DNA of 64,000 nucleotides, taken from NCBI RefSeq assembly GCF_009914755.1, contig NC_060945.1, one strand, 5' to 3'. The stretch comes from the human T2T-CHM13v2.0 reference genome, Homo sapiens. Both the position numbers and the translations under genes were made by a program. Under the pieces are notes generated by a model that did not search any database, was not told where the DNA came from, and saw only the letters and a program-made list of their open reading frames with translations. Of the stretch, positions 14,580 through 27,614 are shown piece after piece (the stretch's first letter is position 1; every line of letters begins with the position of its first letter).

Positions 14580-17500
14580 TATGCCTTTTTCGAAAGCTTT
14601 TGATAATGTATTTCAGATTCATTCATATTGTTTTCTCTTTTATTAGTTTCTTAATTATTCATTTTCCAATTGAGGGGCATTGTGTTGTTTCCAGGTTTTG
14701 GCAATTACAAATAAAGCCCCCATATGTATTTGCTTCCCATATTTGTGTCAACGTAGGGTTTCATTTCAATTGGGTAAATTCCTAACTTGATAAGAAGCTG
14801 CAAGTTTTTAGAGTGGACATAATATTTTGTATTTCATTCATCAGTGTGTATGAATACCACCTCCTCCACTAGTTCTTGATATTTTAGATTATTTTATTTT
14901 AAAAATTATTTATTAAATGTCTGTTCAGGGATATCTCATTGTTTTATTTGCATTTTCCTAATGACTAATTTGTTTTCTTGGTATCTATGTCTCTTTTGTG
15001 GTCAGGTATGTGCTTAAATCTTTGTCTCATTTTGAAAATTGAGTTATTCAATTCATTATTATAAAGTGCAGTGTGCTTTTTAAATACTGGAGCTCATTTA
15101 AAAAATCAGATTTCTTATTTTCATTTTTCTTCTACCAGTTTTTAGTTTCTCTTTTATTTCCTTGGCAGTCTCCTTTGAAGATCAGATTTTCTTAATATTG
15201 GTAAAGTCCAATTTTTTTTAATGAATTGGTCTTTTTGTGTCATATCTAACAAAACTTTGCTTAATCTAAGGTAACAAAGATTTTTTTCTACATTTTCATT
15301 TAGAAGGTTTGTATATTTAGGTTTTATAATTAATAACCCATTTAGGGTTACTTTTTGTAACTCAAAGATAATGTGAGGTAGGAATTTACACTTTTTTAGT
15401 TACACTCACACAAACACATACACATTCAGGTTTGTTTTGCAGTTAGGTTAATGATTTCTCATGAGTCACTTTTCTAACTCAAAAATGGTGTAAGAGAGAT
15501 TAAAGTTATTTTATTTGCATAAATGTTTATTTGTTTCATACGATTTCTGTTTGTGTGTTTGTTGAATATCAATTGATTATATATAACTATTTCTGGATTA
15601 TATATTTTGTTCTATTTATCTATATGCCTGTACTTTGTCCAGTAAAAATCTGCCTTGAATAATACAGTTCTATCATAGATATGAATAGGAGGTACTAATG
15701 CCCTTCAAGAACACTTTTGCCTTCTTTTAGAAAATTGTTTTGGGCATTTTAATTTCTTTACCTTTCACCAAATATATTAAGGATGCTACTATCTAATATG
15801 TATATATATATTCATATCTATATTTACTGCAGTGACATTGACTATACTTCTTCTAATGTGTAGATTATGAAGATAATTAACAACATTGAGCATTACAATC
15901 CATGATTATGGTATTTAGCCCTACTTGTGTTTTTTGAATTCTTTTATCAGTGCTTTGCCAATTTTAGCATAAATATATTAAATGTATATAGTAAAAGTTA
16001 CAACTAATTACCTTATTTTCTCAGTGCTATTGTATATGTTATGTTTACTTTTCTTTTCAGTTTTTAATTGTTGCAATCATGTAGAAATGGAATTAAATTT
16101 TGTATAGATAACATATTGAATTTTATAATAGCCTTTTTCCTAGGAAATTGTTAAACATATTTTTTCAGTTCTAGTACATATTTTGAATCTTTCAAATTTA
16201 TACATATAAAATCAGGTGTCAGTAAGTAGATATTTTTATAACTTTCTTTTAAATCTGTATGACTTTGGGTGGGGATAGGTCTTCTTGTATGTCCTAGGGT
16301 CTTCAAAATGTTATTAAATAGAATCGACATTCCTATCTTGTTCCTGATATTATAGGAAAAGCACTTAGTCTTTCATTGTTCAGGATGACATTATCTTAGA
16401 ATTTTCTTAGATGAACTTAAAAAGCTTAAGGATATATTATTTTATTTCTAGTTTACTGAATATTCTTATTGGAGATGGATATTAAATTTGGTCATTCGCT
16501 GCTTCTGCAAATGCAAATGACCAAAAAATTTAAGGTTTTTTTTTTTTTTTTTGGATGAGGTGGTTATTCTTGGTTGGTCTCTTCATATGATTAGTTATAT
16601 TGCTTATTTTTTGTTGTTGAATTTGTTTTGCAACCACCAAGGAAAACACACTTGTCTGTCTGTATTTGCCATTTTACATATTGTTGAATTAAAATTTCAA
16701 CTATTTCTTTAAAATATTGTATGCCCATTTTTATGAGAGATTTTGGTACATAGCCATCTGTTTTTGTAATGTTATTGTCTTTTTTATATATCAGAGCTAT
16801 GCTGTCCTTTAGAATAATTTGGGAGTATTCACTTCTCATCAGTTTTCCAGAAAAGTTGTTTGTGTAGGATTTGGTACTATGTCCATATCAATATTTGGTA
16901 GAATTTACCGTTTAAACTACTTCAGCCTGGTGTGTGTGTGTGTGTATGTTTGTGTGTGTATGTATGTTTGTGTGTGTGTGTGTGCATGTATAAATGTATT
17001 TAACAAATATTCAATTTTTTAAAAAAAGATATAGAGATCTTCTGTTGTTTCAGTAATATTTGCTAGTTTAAAGCAATTTATCTCTTTCATCTAAATGGTC
17101 AACTTTATAGTAAAATGTTCTCTTATTATCTTTTAAAATAAGCAGAATCTGTAGTGATGATCCAGTTTCATTGCTAATGTTGGTCATTTGCATCTTCTAA
17201 CTCATTTTATGCATCAATGTGGTTAGAGGGTAATCAATTTTATTGATGCTCATAAAAAGTGAACTTTTAAAAAATATCTTTTTATTGTCTGTTTTCACTC
17301 TCACTGATTTTTTTATGTTATCTCCATTATTTCTTACTTTTTGCTTCTTTTGGATTTATTTTGCTTTGTGTTTTCTAATTTCATAAGGTAGAAGCTTAGG
17401 TCATGAATTTGAGTTCTGTCTTCTTTTTTAATAAAACAATTTCATGCAGCAAAATTTTCTTTAAGTACAAACCAATACATTTCAGTATGTCCCTTTTTCT

Positions 17501-18430
17501 TTTATTCAATTAATAATAAATAGTAAAGTCTATTTTGATTTCCAGTGCAATTCAGTAATAGCATAGTAACATATTTTGGATACTTTTAATTATTTTTAAC
17601 TTGTTAAGGTTTGTTTTAAGGCCTGGAATATGGTATACTCTTTAAATGTTTTAAATTAATTGATGCATTTTGCTGTTGTTAGTTTGGAGTGTTCTCTAGT
17701 TTTCCACTTTGTCATTTTGGTTTATGGTGTTTTTAAGGTATACTACATAGTTTTTGATATTCTACTTATTTTTTAAAATACTAAGAACAGAATATTGAAG
17801 TTTCTAACAATAGTTATATATTCGATTACTTGTCTTTTAATTTTGTTTTATATTTTTTGGTCAGTTATTAGGTGCATATACATTTATGATTGTATTTATT
17901 CAGTAAAATAATCTCTTTATTATTATGTTATTTTTCTTTATTATCTTTGATATTCTGAAGTATAATTTTTCTGATATCAACATATCTTTTGATTACTATT
18001 TGCCTTGCTCATCTTTTAAATTAAACACATAAATGGTCTTATTTTTAAGTACGACTTATCTGTCTTTCAATGGATGTGGTTAGACAATTTAAATTTATTG
18101 TAGTTTTCGATATTATTGGATAAAAATCTATGATTTGGCTATCCATTTTCTATTTACTTTATTTAATTTTTGTCCTCTTGTCTGCATACTTTGGATTGAA
18201 TATTTTTAAGCTTATTATGTTAATTATTGAAGTATTATTTATATGTGCTTTAAAGTTAGGTATTGTCCTAGATTTTATAATATCTATCTGAATGTTCAGT
18301 GTTTGACAACATATTCGCATTTCAGTTTTTCAGACTCTTGTGATATTTTTACATACATATTTGATGTAATAAATGCTAAAGTCTCACATAAGATTGCTAC
18401 TAATTTTGGCTTTACACTGTTGATATAGTC
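14580..18430 (-). mobile_element. Ancient L1M (ORF2/3' region) remnant, fragmented
   Basis: Long T-rich stretch with degenerate antisense ORF2 motifs ('tcttgttcctgatattataggaaaagc', 'tttttatgagagattttggt', 'gtagaatttaccgtttaaac'). Confidence 0.7.
16930..16985. repeat. Imperfect (TG)n microsatellite
   Basis: Directly visible. Confidence 0.9.
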
Positions 18431-18620
18431 TACAGCAAACTAAAAAGTTTCAGTAATGTATTTTGTCTTAACTTTTTATTACATATAATAGATAACTTTT
18501 AAAGTTATTTTGATCATATATTTTTACTTATCATAATTTGATATTTTCAACATTTTTCATTCAAAATATACTTTAAAATATATGGTCTAAAATTTCATTT
18601 ATTTGTTGTTTTTTCAATTC

Positions 18621-18915
<295 letters not shown>

Positions 18916-19480
18916 CCAATGTTACATTTATTAATGTAGTCTAGAAGCAAAACTTTTAATCCTAAAATATTATTTTTCTCTGATACATTGACAGGTATTG
19001 TATAATTTGTTGTTTCAAAATTCTGTGATGTCCAATTTAAATGGTTCACAGATGTGTTAAATTAAGCTTTGAAAAATACATTTATTTGGATTTAAAATTA
19101 TCTTCATGTTATTTTCCATGATTTATTATATTAAATATTTATTAATATTTCCAGGATTATACAAGCTAATTATGTTTAATTAATTAGTGTTTTCATCTTT
19201 AAAAGCCTAAAATTAGTATTTTTTGATTTCCAGTAATCAATACGGAAAATGAAAATAAAAATACTAATCCTTCAAATGGATAATTATTAGACTGTATGAC
19301 TGATTTACATTTCCTCATAAAGGAATAATGGTTTATTTTATTAATTTTTTTTACATTAGCCTAAAGTCTTATTGTTGTCCATTGTAAAAGATTTCACAGA
19401 TAACATAATAGTTATTGCAGGAAATATTTAGGTTAAATGAGTGAGTGGAAACTTGCAGAAGAAACAGGTCACTCACAGGT

Positions 19481-19780
19481 GACTCAGTTCTGCATGGCTG
19501 AGGAAGCCTCAGGAAACTTACAATTATGGTGGAAGGGGAAAGGGAAACAATGCACCTTCTTCACAAGCCAGCAGGAAGGAGAAGAGAAAGCAGGGAAAAT
19601 GCCAGATGCTTATAAAACCATCCAATCTTGTGAGACTCACTCATTGTCATGAGAACAGCATTGGGGAAACCACCCCATGATTCAGTTACCTCCACCTGGT
19701 CCCAATCTTGACATGTGGGGATTATGAGGAATACAATTCAAGGTGAGATTTGAGTGGGGACACAGAGCCAAGCCATATCA
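19481..19780 (-). mobile_element. THE1D/MSTA-like MaLR LTR, partial
   Basis: 'ggaaacttacaattatgg...gagatttgagtggggacacagagccaagccatatca'. Confidence 0.8.
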
Positions 19781-21750
19781 CTTATATAGGTGGAATCATG
19801 AAGTATTTATCCTACTGTGTTACCTTATTTCACTTAGCATAATGGACGTTATTGATACTATCAAGTATGGCAGAATTTCATTCCTTTTAAAGGCTAAATA
19901 GCTTTCCATTGTAAACATATATCACATTTTCTACACCCATTTGCATGTCAATGGGTGTTTGTTTTCATATTTTGACTACTGTGAATACTGCTGCAATAGA
20001 CATGAGAGTGCAGATGTCTCTTTGAAATCCTGATTTTTTTTTTTATTATACTTTAAGTTCTGGGACACAAGTTCTGGGACACAGGTGCAAAACATGCAGG
20101 TTTGTTGTATAGGTATACATGTGCCATGGTGGTTTGCAGCACCCACCAACCTGTCATCTAGGTTTTAAGCCCCACATGCATTAGATGTTCCTCCTAATGC
20201 TATCCTTCCCCTTACTCCCAACCCCCAACAGGCCCCAGTGTGTGATGTTTCCCTCCCTGTGTCCATGTGTTCTCACTGTTCAACTCCCACTTATAAGTGA
20301 GAACATGCAGTGTTTGGTTTTCTGTTCCTGGGTTAGTTTGCTGAGAATGATGGTTTCTAGCTTCATCCATGTCCCTGCAAAGGATATGAACTCATTCTCT
20401 TTTTATGGCTGCATAGTATTTCATGGTGTATATGTGCCACATTTTCTTTATAGTCTATCATTGATGGGCATTTGGGTTGGTTCCAAGTCTTTGCTATTGT
20501 AAATAGTGCTGTAATAGACATATACGTGTGCATGTATATTTATAGTAGAATGATTTATAATCATTTGGTTATATACCCAGTAATGGGATTGTTGGGTCAA
20601 ATGGTATTTCTGGTTCTAGATCCTTGAGGAATCAGAGATCCTGATTTTAATTCTTTTGGATCTAGGCTCTGAAGTGGGATTGATGAATCAAATGGAAATT
20701 TTATTTTAATTTTTGTAGTTACTTTCATACTGTTTTACATAATGGTTGCACCATTTTACATTTCCACCAGTAGCATACAAGTTTCCCTTTCTCCACATCC
20801 TTGTCAACATTTGCTATCCTTTAACAAAAAAAAAGCCATTATAACAGGGGTGAAATTTTCATGTCCCTGAAAATTAATAATAATGAGCACATTTTCTTAC
20901 ACCTGTTGGTCATTTGTATGTCTTCTTTGGGTAAAGATTCATCCAGGTCTTTTTCCTTTTTTATATCAAATTGTTTCTTACTTACTATTGAGTTGTAGGA
21001 TCTTTTTATATATTTTGGATATTAACCCCTTACCAAATGTATGATTTGCAAATATTCCTCCCATTCCATATTTTACCTTTTCACTCTTTTGATGGTTTTC
21101 TTGCCTGAGTAGAAAGTGTTTTTAGTTTGTTTTAGTCCCAGTTGTCCTTGAAATCGGAATTACATTATAATTATAATTCTTGAGATAGAAGAATGCATTT
21201 TTGCTTCTGTTGCTTGTCCCTTTGGTGTAATATCCAATAAATCATCTAAAACTTTAACAATTACAGGTCTTATCTTTAATTCTTTAATACATTTTGAGTT
21301 GATTTTTGTGTATGGTGTAAGATAAGATTACAATTTCATTCTCTTCTATGTGAATATCCAGTATCAACTTTTAAGACACCAACAATTTCTCCATTGTGTA
21401 TTTTTAGCACCCTTGCTAAAATTATTTGACCAAGTATATGTGGGTTTATTTCTGTGCTATTTTGTTTAATTGGCTTATTTTTCTGATTTCAAGGCCAGTA
21501 CAATACTGTTTTAATTGTTGTAACTTTATAATATAATTTAATAAGAAAATGTGATGCCTTCAGCTTTGTTCTTCTTTCTTAAGATTGCTTGGGCTATTCT
21601 TGGTCTTTTGCAGTTTCACATAAATTTTGGAACTTCTTTCTCTTTCTATATTAAAAAATCAAGATTTTGGTAGAGATTACACTGGGACTTTAGATCACTT
21701 TAGGTAGTATGGACATTTTAACAGTAATAAGGCTTTCAACTCATGAACAT
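19781..21750 (-). mobile_element. L1MA-type 3' UTR/ORF2 fragment interrupted by an L1PA
   Basis: Antisense L1 motifs ('cttatttcacttagcataatg', 'gtgatgccttcagctttgttcttc', 'ggtagtatggacattttaaca'). Confidence 0.8.
20038..20634 (-). mobile_element. L1PA8-like 5'-truncated insertion
   Basis: Antisense 3' UTR with 'gtcatctaggttttaagcccc'; TSD ga(a/g)atcctgatttt at 20024-20037 and 20635-20648. Confidence 0.85.
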
Positions 21751-22519
21751 GAGAAAACTTATTCATCAAAAATGAAGAGATAAGGACTTTCCAAATAAAA
21801 TAAAAAAGAATTAATCCTCACTAGATATGCCTTACATCTGATTTTGCAGGGTACAGTCTCTACAGTTGCTTTCATGGGCTAGCACTGAGTGCCTTCCAAG
21901 CTGTCGATGAATGCAAAGGAGAAATGTGGGGTTGCAGCCCCCACACAGGGTCCCCACTGAAGCACTGACTAGTGGAATTGTGGGAATTGGGCCACAGTCC
22001 TCCAGACCCCACCCAGAAAGATGGATTCATCGACAGCTTGGAAGGCACTCAGTGCTAGCCCATGAAAGCAACTGTAGAGACTGTACCCTGCAAAATCAGA
22101 TGTAAGGCATATCTAGTGAGGATTAATTCTTTTTTATTTTATTTGGAAAGTCCTTATCTCTTCATTTTTGATGAATAAGTTTTCTCATGTTCATGAGTTG
22201 AAAGCCTTATTACTGTTAAAATGTCCATACTACCTAAAGTGATCTAAAGTCCCAGTGTAATCTCTACCAAAATCTTGATTTTTTAATATAGAAAGAGAAA
22301 GAAGTTCCAAAATTTATATGAAACTGCAAAAGACCAAGAATAGCCCAAGCAATCTTAAGAAAGAAGAACAAAGCTGAAGGCATCACATTTTCTTATTAAA
22401 TTATATTATAAAGTTACAACAATTAAAACAGTATTGTACTGGCCTTGAAATCAGAAAAATAAGCCAATTAAACAAAATAGCACAGAAATAAACCCACATA
22501 TACTTGGTCAAATAATTTT
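21418..22519. repeat. Long near-perfect inverted repeat: arms 21418-21912 and 22025-22519 (495 bp each), 112-bp spacer
   Basis: Base-by-base comparison shows exact reverse complementarity except 21619 C versus 22318 A. Confidence 0.97.
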
Positions 22520-23955
22520 TGTCCTAGCTGAGGTTCTCCATGAGGCCTCCAGCCCTGCAGCAGACTTCTGGGTGGACATCCAGGCATTTTCATATATCCT
22601 CTTAAAGCCAGGCAGAGGTTCCCAAAGCTCAATTCTTGTCTATTGTGCACCCACAGGACCAACAGCATGTGGAAGCCACCAAATCTTGGGGCTTGCACTC
22701 TCTACAGCAATGGCCAGAGCTGTATCTTGGCAACTTTTAGCCATGCTGGAGCCAGAGTGGCTGGGATGCAGGGGCACCATGTCCAAAGATTGCACAGAGC
22801 AGCAGGACCCTAAGCCTCTGACAAGCTCTGGAAGCATTTTCCCCATTGTCTGGGCTGTTAACATTCAGCTCCTTGTGACTTATGGAAATTTCTGCAGCTG
22901 GCTTGAATTTATTCCCAGAAAATGGGTTTTCCCTTTCTACCTCATGGTCAGGCTGCAAATTTTCCAAATTTTTATGCTCTGCTTCCCTTTTAAACATAAG
23001 TTCCAATTTAAAATAATCTTTTTGTGAACACATATAACTGTATGCTTTCAGGAAAAGCCAAATCACCTCTTAAATGCTTTTCTGCTTAGAATTTATTTTA
23101 CCAGATACCCTAAGCCATATCTCTCAAGTTCAAAGTTCTACAGCTCTCTAGGGTAGGGGCAAAATGCCACCAGTCTCTTTGCTAAAGCATAGCAAGGGTG
23201 ACCTTTGCTCCAGTTCCCAATAAGTTCCTCACCTCAATCTGAGACTGTGGGGGTTCAGTCAGAATGGTGGGAGAAGTTGTAAAATAGTCACAAACCTTCC
23301 AGGAAGGCCGGGGTTTTGCATAGCTTCAGTAAAAGATACGGCTGAAGCAGCCTAATCCTCTTTGAGCTAATAGCAAGGGTAAATAACAAAGGAATTCAAG
23401 GGAGTTTATCTAAATAGCTTGTTTACTCATGTGGTCCTAAGACCAACCTTTGATTTCCCACCGGTGCATAATTGCTCTCTACTGGGGCGCGGGAGGAGGG
23501 GGGTGTCGGCAATGTCAATTACCCTCTAGTGGTGTTTACTCAAGACTTTTGTCACTTACATACTGAATAAATGTGAGCTTCGCTGGCTGATCAGGGCCAC
23601 AGCTGCAACTCTTTACAGCACCCTCCCTGGTGTCTGTGAGTGGTCCAGACACTTAGCTGGACTGTCAGGCAAAATATCTGTGTCAGTGTACATTATTCAT
23701 CTGTCGTTGGGTCAGGATCTGCGGGTCAGTCTCCCACATGAGACTGCCTCAGTCTCGACTTCATTGTCCATATCACTATCAGCATTTTAGTCAAAACCAC
23801 GTAACAAGTCTCTAGTAAGTTCCAAACTTTTCCTTATTTTGTTGTCTTCTGAGTCCTCCAAACTGTTCCATCATTTGCTGGTTACCCAGTTCCAAAGTGG
23901 CTTTCACATTCTCAGGTATCTTATAGCAATATCCCACTACCTTGGTATCAATTCT
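21837..23955 (-). mobile_element. MSTA/THE1-type MaLR internal region, rearranged by the inverted repeat and interrupted by LTR22
   Basis: 'tttgcagggtacag', 'gaggttctccatgag', 'gcttccctttaaacataagttccaattt', 'ggttacccagttccaaagt...cccactaccttggtatcaatt'. Confidence 0.85.
23246..23738 (+). mobile_element. LTR22-family (HML-5) solo LTR
   Basis: TGTGGGGGTTCAGTCAGAATGGTGGGAGAA...CTCCCACA; perfect 6-bp TSD TGAGAC at 23240-23245 and 23739-23744. Confidence 0.85.
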
Positions 23956-24211
23956 CTATATTAGTTCATTCTCACACTACTATAAAGAATACCTGAGACT
24001 GGGTAATTTAGAAGAAAAAAGGAGATTTAATTGACTCACAGTTCTGCATGGCTGGGGAGGCCTCTGGAAACTTACAGTCATGGCAGAAGGCAAAGGGAAA
24101 GCAAGGCATGTCTTAAATGGCAGCACGAGGAAGACAGAGAGCATGCCTGAAGGTGGAAAATCCCCACATTTGTCAAACAACAAGATCTCATAAGAACTCT
24201 AGCATGAGAAC
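23956..24211 (-). mobile_element. MSTA-like 5' LTR, truncated
   Basis: 'tattagttcattctcacactactataaagaatacctgagactgggtaattta...gcatgagaac'; directly adjoins the MaLR internal region. Confidence 0.8.
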
Positions 24212-24870
24212 GACAACTGATACCAGGGAAATAACAAATAATAATAAGAAACTTTTTTGAATAATTATATGCCAACAAATTGGAAAACCTACAATAATTG
24301 GATGAGTTCCTAGGAAACATACAACATATCAAGACTGAATCACAAAGAAAATCATAAAGATAGATAAGATAGATCATAAAAGAGTAAGAAAAAATAATCA
24401 GCAAGAAAAACCTTTTCAACAAAGGAAATTTCAGGACTATATGGCTTCACTGTGGATTCTACCAAACATTCAAATAACAATTAATACCGATCTTCTTCAC
24501 TCCTCTAAAAATAAAGAAGAGGAAATACTTCCAAATTCATCTTACAAGGGTTGCATTTTCTTGATACCAAAGCCAGAAAATACACTGCAAGAGATGGGAA
24601 TTAAAAGACCATCTTCCTGATAAACGTAGTTTCAATATCCTCAATAAAATACAGGCAAATTGAAGTCAACAGCATGTTGAAAGCACCATTCACCATGATC
24701 AAGTGGCAAATTTGGTTCAACATATACAAATCAATTATGTTATATATCACATTACAGAATGAAGAATAAAATCACTTGATCATCTCAATAGACAAAGAAA
24801 GAAGCATTAGACAAAATTCACCACTATTTCATAATTAAAACACTCAACAAACTAAATATAGGAGGAATTG
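24212..24870 (+). mobile_element. L1M ORF2 fragment
   Basis: 'tatgccaacaaattggaaaacct', 'atggcttcactgtggattctaccaaacatt', 'caccatgatcaagtgg'. Confidence 0.8.
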
Positions 24871-25845
24871 TATTTTTTAAATTTGTTCTTGTTTATGGCA
24901 AGTACAGTAGACTTTATTTTGTAATCTGTTTTCTTTCTTTTTTTCTGTGTACCTACAGGGTTTTTTATCTTCCCTTAATGTCCTGGGAGTTTACTACTTT
25001 CTTCTTATTTAGACTTGGTGATTGTTTTAGTGTACAGAATACTACTTAAACTTCATTTTTATCTACTTTCTTCCTTAAATTCCTTACAGCTCAAATTTGG
25101 TCATGACTTGGAAGGAGAAAATTATTAGAAAAAGATATGAAACCATGCCATCAAGGGATAGGGCCACTGGCATTATTTTAATCCAATGGTAGTGAGAAAC
25201 ACCATAGCCAACTTTATGAATAACCTTTTAAGATTTCTTTCACATGAGTGAACATTGTCAATATTATTATTCTGCCATCCTTTGTCTTCCTTGTTTTAAT
25301 TTCCTATGTTTCTAGTAAGAGCCTTAATGCAGAAATTATTGCATTAAATAGTAAGATTAATAGCATAACCAAAATAGTGTACTATGTGTCATTGTTTTTC
25401 AAATAAAATTCCTAGATAAAAAAGCAAAGTCACCGAACTCACGATTGTGTGAAAATCTCAGAATGAATTATGAAAAAAATCACCTAATTAATAGAAGACT
25501 ATTAGGTAAGCAGCATAACAGAATTGACACCGTTTAGTTTGTGGAGTATAACTGGTAATCAATCATTACTTTATTTTTATCAAGTCATAACCCATAAGTA
25601 ATATCTGGTTTCTTTCTTCATTTTTATCTGTTAATAATTAATACAAATTCCAGCTACATTTACGTTGAAAGTTAGTTAATGTGTGTTAGAATTACATACT
25701 TAGTTAATTATTATTACATATATATGACATTCACAATGTAAAAGATGCTGTGTATACTTAGAAATCTCATATAAATATAATCAAATTGCCTCTATGATAT
25801 ATACTCACTATCTAGAGCACACATATCAAATATGACCAAAAAGCC

Positions 25846-26334
25846 CAGCAGGTTTGGAATATACTTTTGGAAGCCCATGGACTCAAAACCACATTAATTA
25901 TAATATTATGACATTATTTGCTCTTTCTAGTCTTTTCCTCATGAGCATACAGTGAATATTTTCAAAGGCTTTATAGACATGTGGTATCACAATAGATTAC
26001 ATAAAAAAGCAGATATGATAATCCCCATCTTTTCTTGAATTTGGACATTACATTAATTTGTAAAAATGTAAAACAATATAATCATTTACATTTTATTTTG
26101 TTTTGAAAATATAGCTATTTTTATAAAATTGTGCAATTTTTGTTAACATGCAATGAATTTATTTCTGCTATTTTAAATAATAAATAGTTCTTGAATTTCA
26201 CAGTTTTAATTTATAATATAGTATATATTGATATTTATAACTCAAATTTCAAAAAAAATTTGGAGAAGCCGAAAATTTTTTATATATAAAATCTGTATAT
26301 CTATAAATCCTGAGAAAATAAAATTGCTGAACTG
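25846..26334 (+). mobile_element. Charlie1-derived hAT DNA transposon relic (Charlie1b-like)
   Basis: 'agcagatatgataatcc...tttgtaaaaatgtaaaacaat...gttttgaaaatatagctattttt...tgttaacatgcaatg' matches the Charlie1 terminal region as remembered. Confidence 0.65.
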
Positions 26335-26679
26335 GAGAATAACATATGCAATTATAAATTAATTTATTCAAAAAATTTTTACCTGCAATGATTATTCTAA
26401 TATGTCACAGACAAACAAATATGCACAAACTGAGAGACGTTTTACTTATTGGAGTTTCTCACGTAGTTGGGTAAGAAAAGTTATAGCTAGATAAGGAGGA
26501 ACAGTGTTCAAGTCAAGAAAGAGTTGCTACATCTTCTGAAAAAAATTCTATGAATTAGAAAGAGAACATTGTTTTAAGATAATTTTTAACATTAAGGTTT
26601 AAGAAATTCATTTAATCTAAAAGTAGAGAATTTAAATGAAAATGAGTTTGAGATATTGTTAAAATCTCTATAAAAATTA

Positions 26680-26996
<317 letters not shown>

Positions 26997-27614
26997 ACAT
27001 AAACATTTGGCTGAAAGTTTTCTAAAGGTAGACTGAAAATAAAAAGAAAGCTATTAAAATATTATTTTCTGATGGCTAAATATGGTGTCTGTCAGATTTT
27101 GACAATTTAACAAAATAGACAAGAGTTCATTTGGAGACAATTTACATAACAGGTCAAATAAACAGTCTGCAGAGCAGCTGACACTTCTTATTAAGGTCAT
27201 TCAGTTAATTAGTGAAAAACAACCAAGAATTAGATTCTCATAAGGCTCAGTCCATATTTTATTCTATAACAATGCAATGTCTTAACATTCCGTTATCACA
27301 TTTGGTTTGCCATGAATCTTGCCAATTGTAAATAATATTCTTGAAGAATTTACATATTTAGAATATGTAATTCTGAAATTATGCATTAATTGTAAGAGAA
27401 ATGACACTGAGGATATAATAAAATGTATAGCAGAGAAACAGATTGAAATTTGGAAGTTATTAGAATATTGGATAAATTAATCGTAAAGGCTGTCAGTAAC
27501 TCACTTATATAATCATTCAAAGTAATACATACATCTATTTATTAACAAGAAAGTTGAAAAGATATTTAATAATATTAGTGGAGCTTAGGTGGCTTATAAC
27601 TGTAAGCTATGAAT

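Noticed and set aside
20059-20082. Short tandem duplication (aagttctgggacac) in the L1PA 3' end
   Set aside because: Ordinary local slippage duplication.
21146-21196. About 50-bp non-L1 insert within the L1MA fragment
   Set aside because: Too short and AT-rich to assign an origin by eye; probably repair filler DNA.
21418-22519. Inverted repeat interpreted as terminal inverted repeats of a DNA transposon or MITE
   Set aside because: No TSD, the arms consist of local L1 and MaLR sequence that continues collinearly outside the repeat, and human DNA transposons are long extinct.
19481-24211. The two partial MaLR LTRs as paired LTRs of one element
   Set aside because: They differ at subfamily-type positions and are separated by L1 sequence in an order that does not fit a single provirus.
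24925-24960. Strong-looking splice acceptor (polypyrimidine tract plus ctacag)
   Set aside because: No convincing downstream donor or reading frame; such motifs are common in T-rich DNA.
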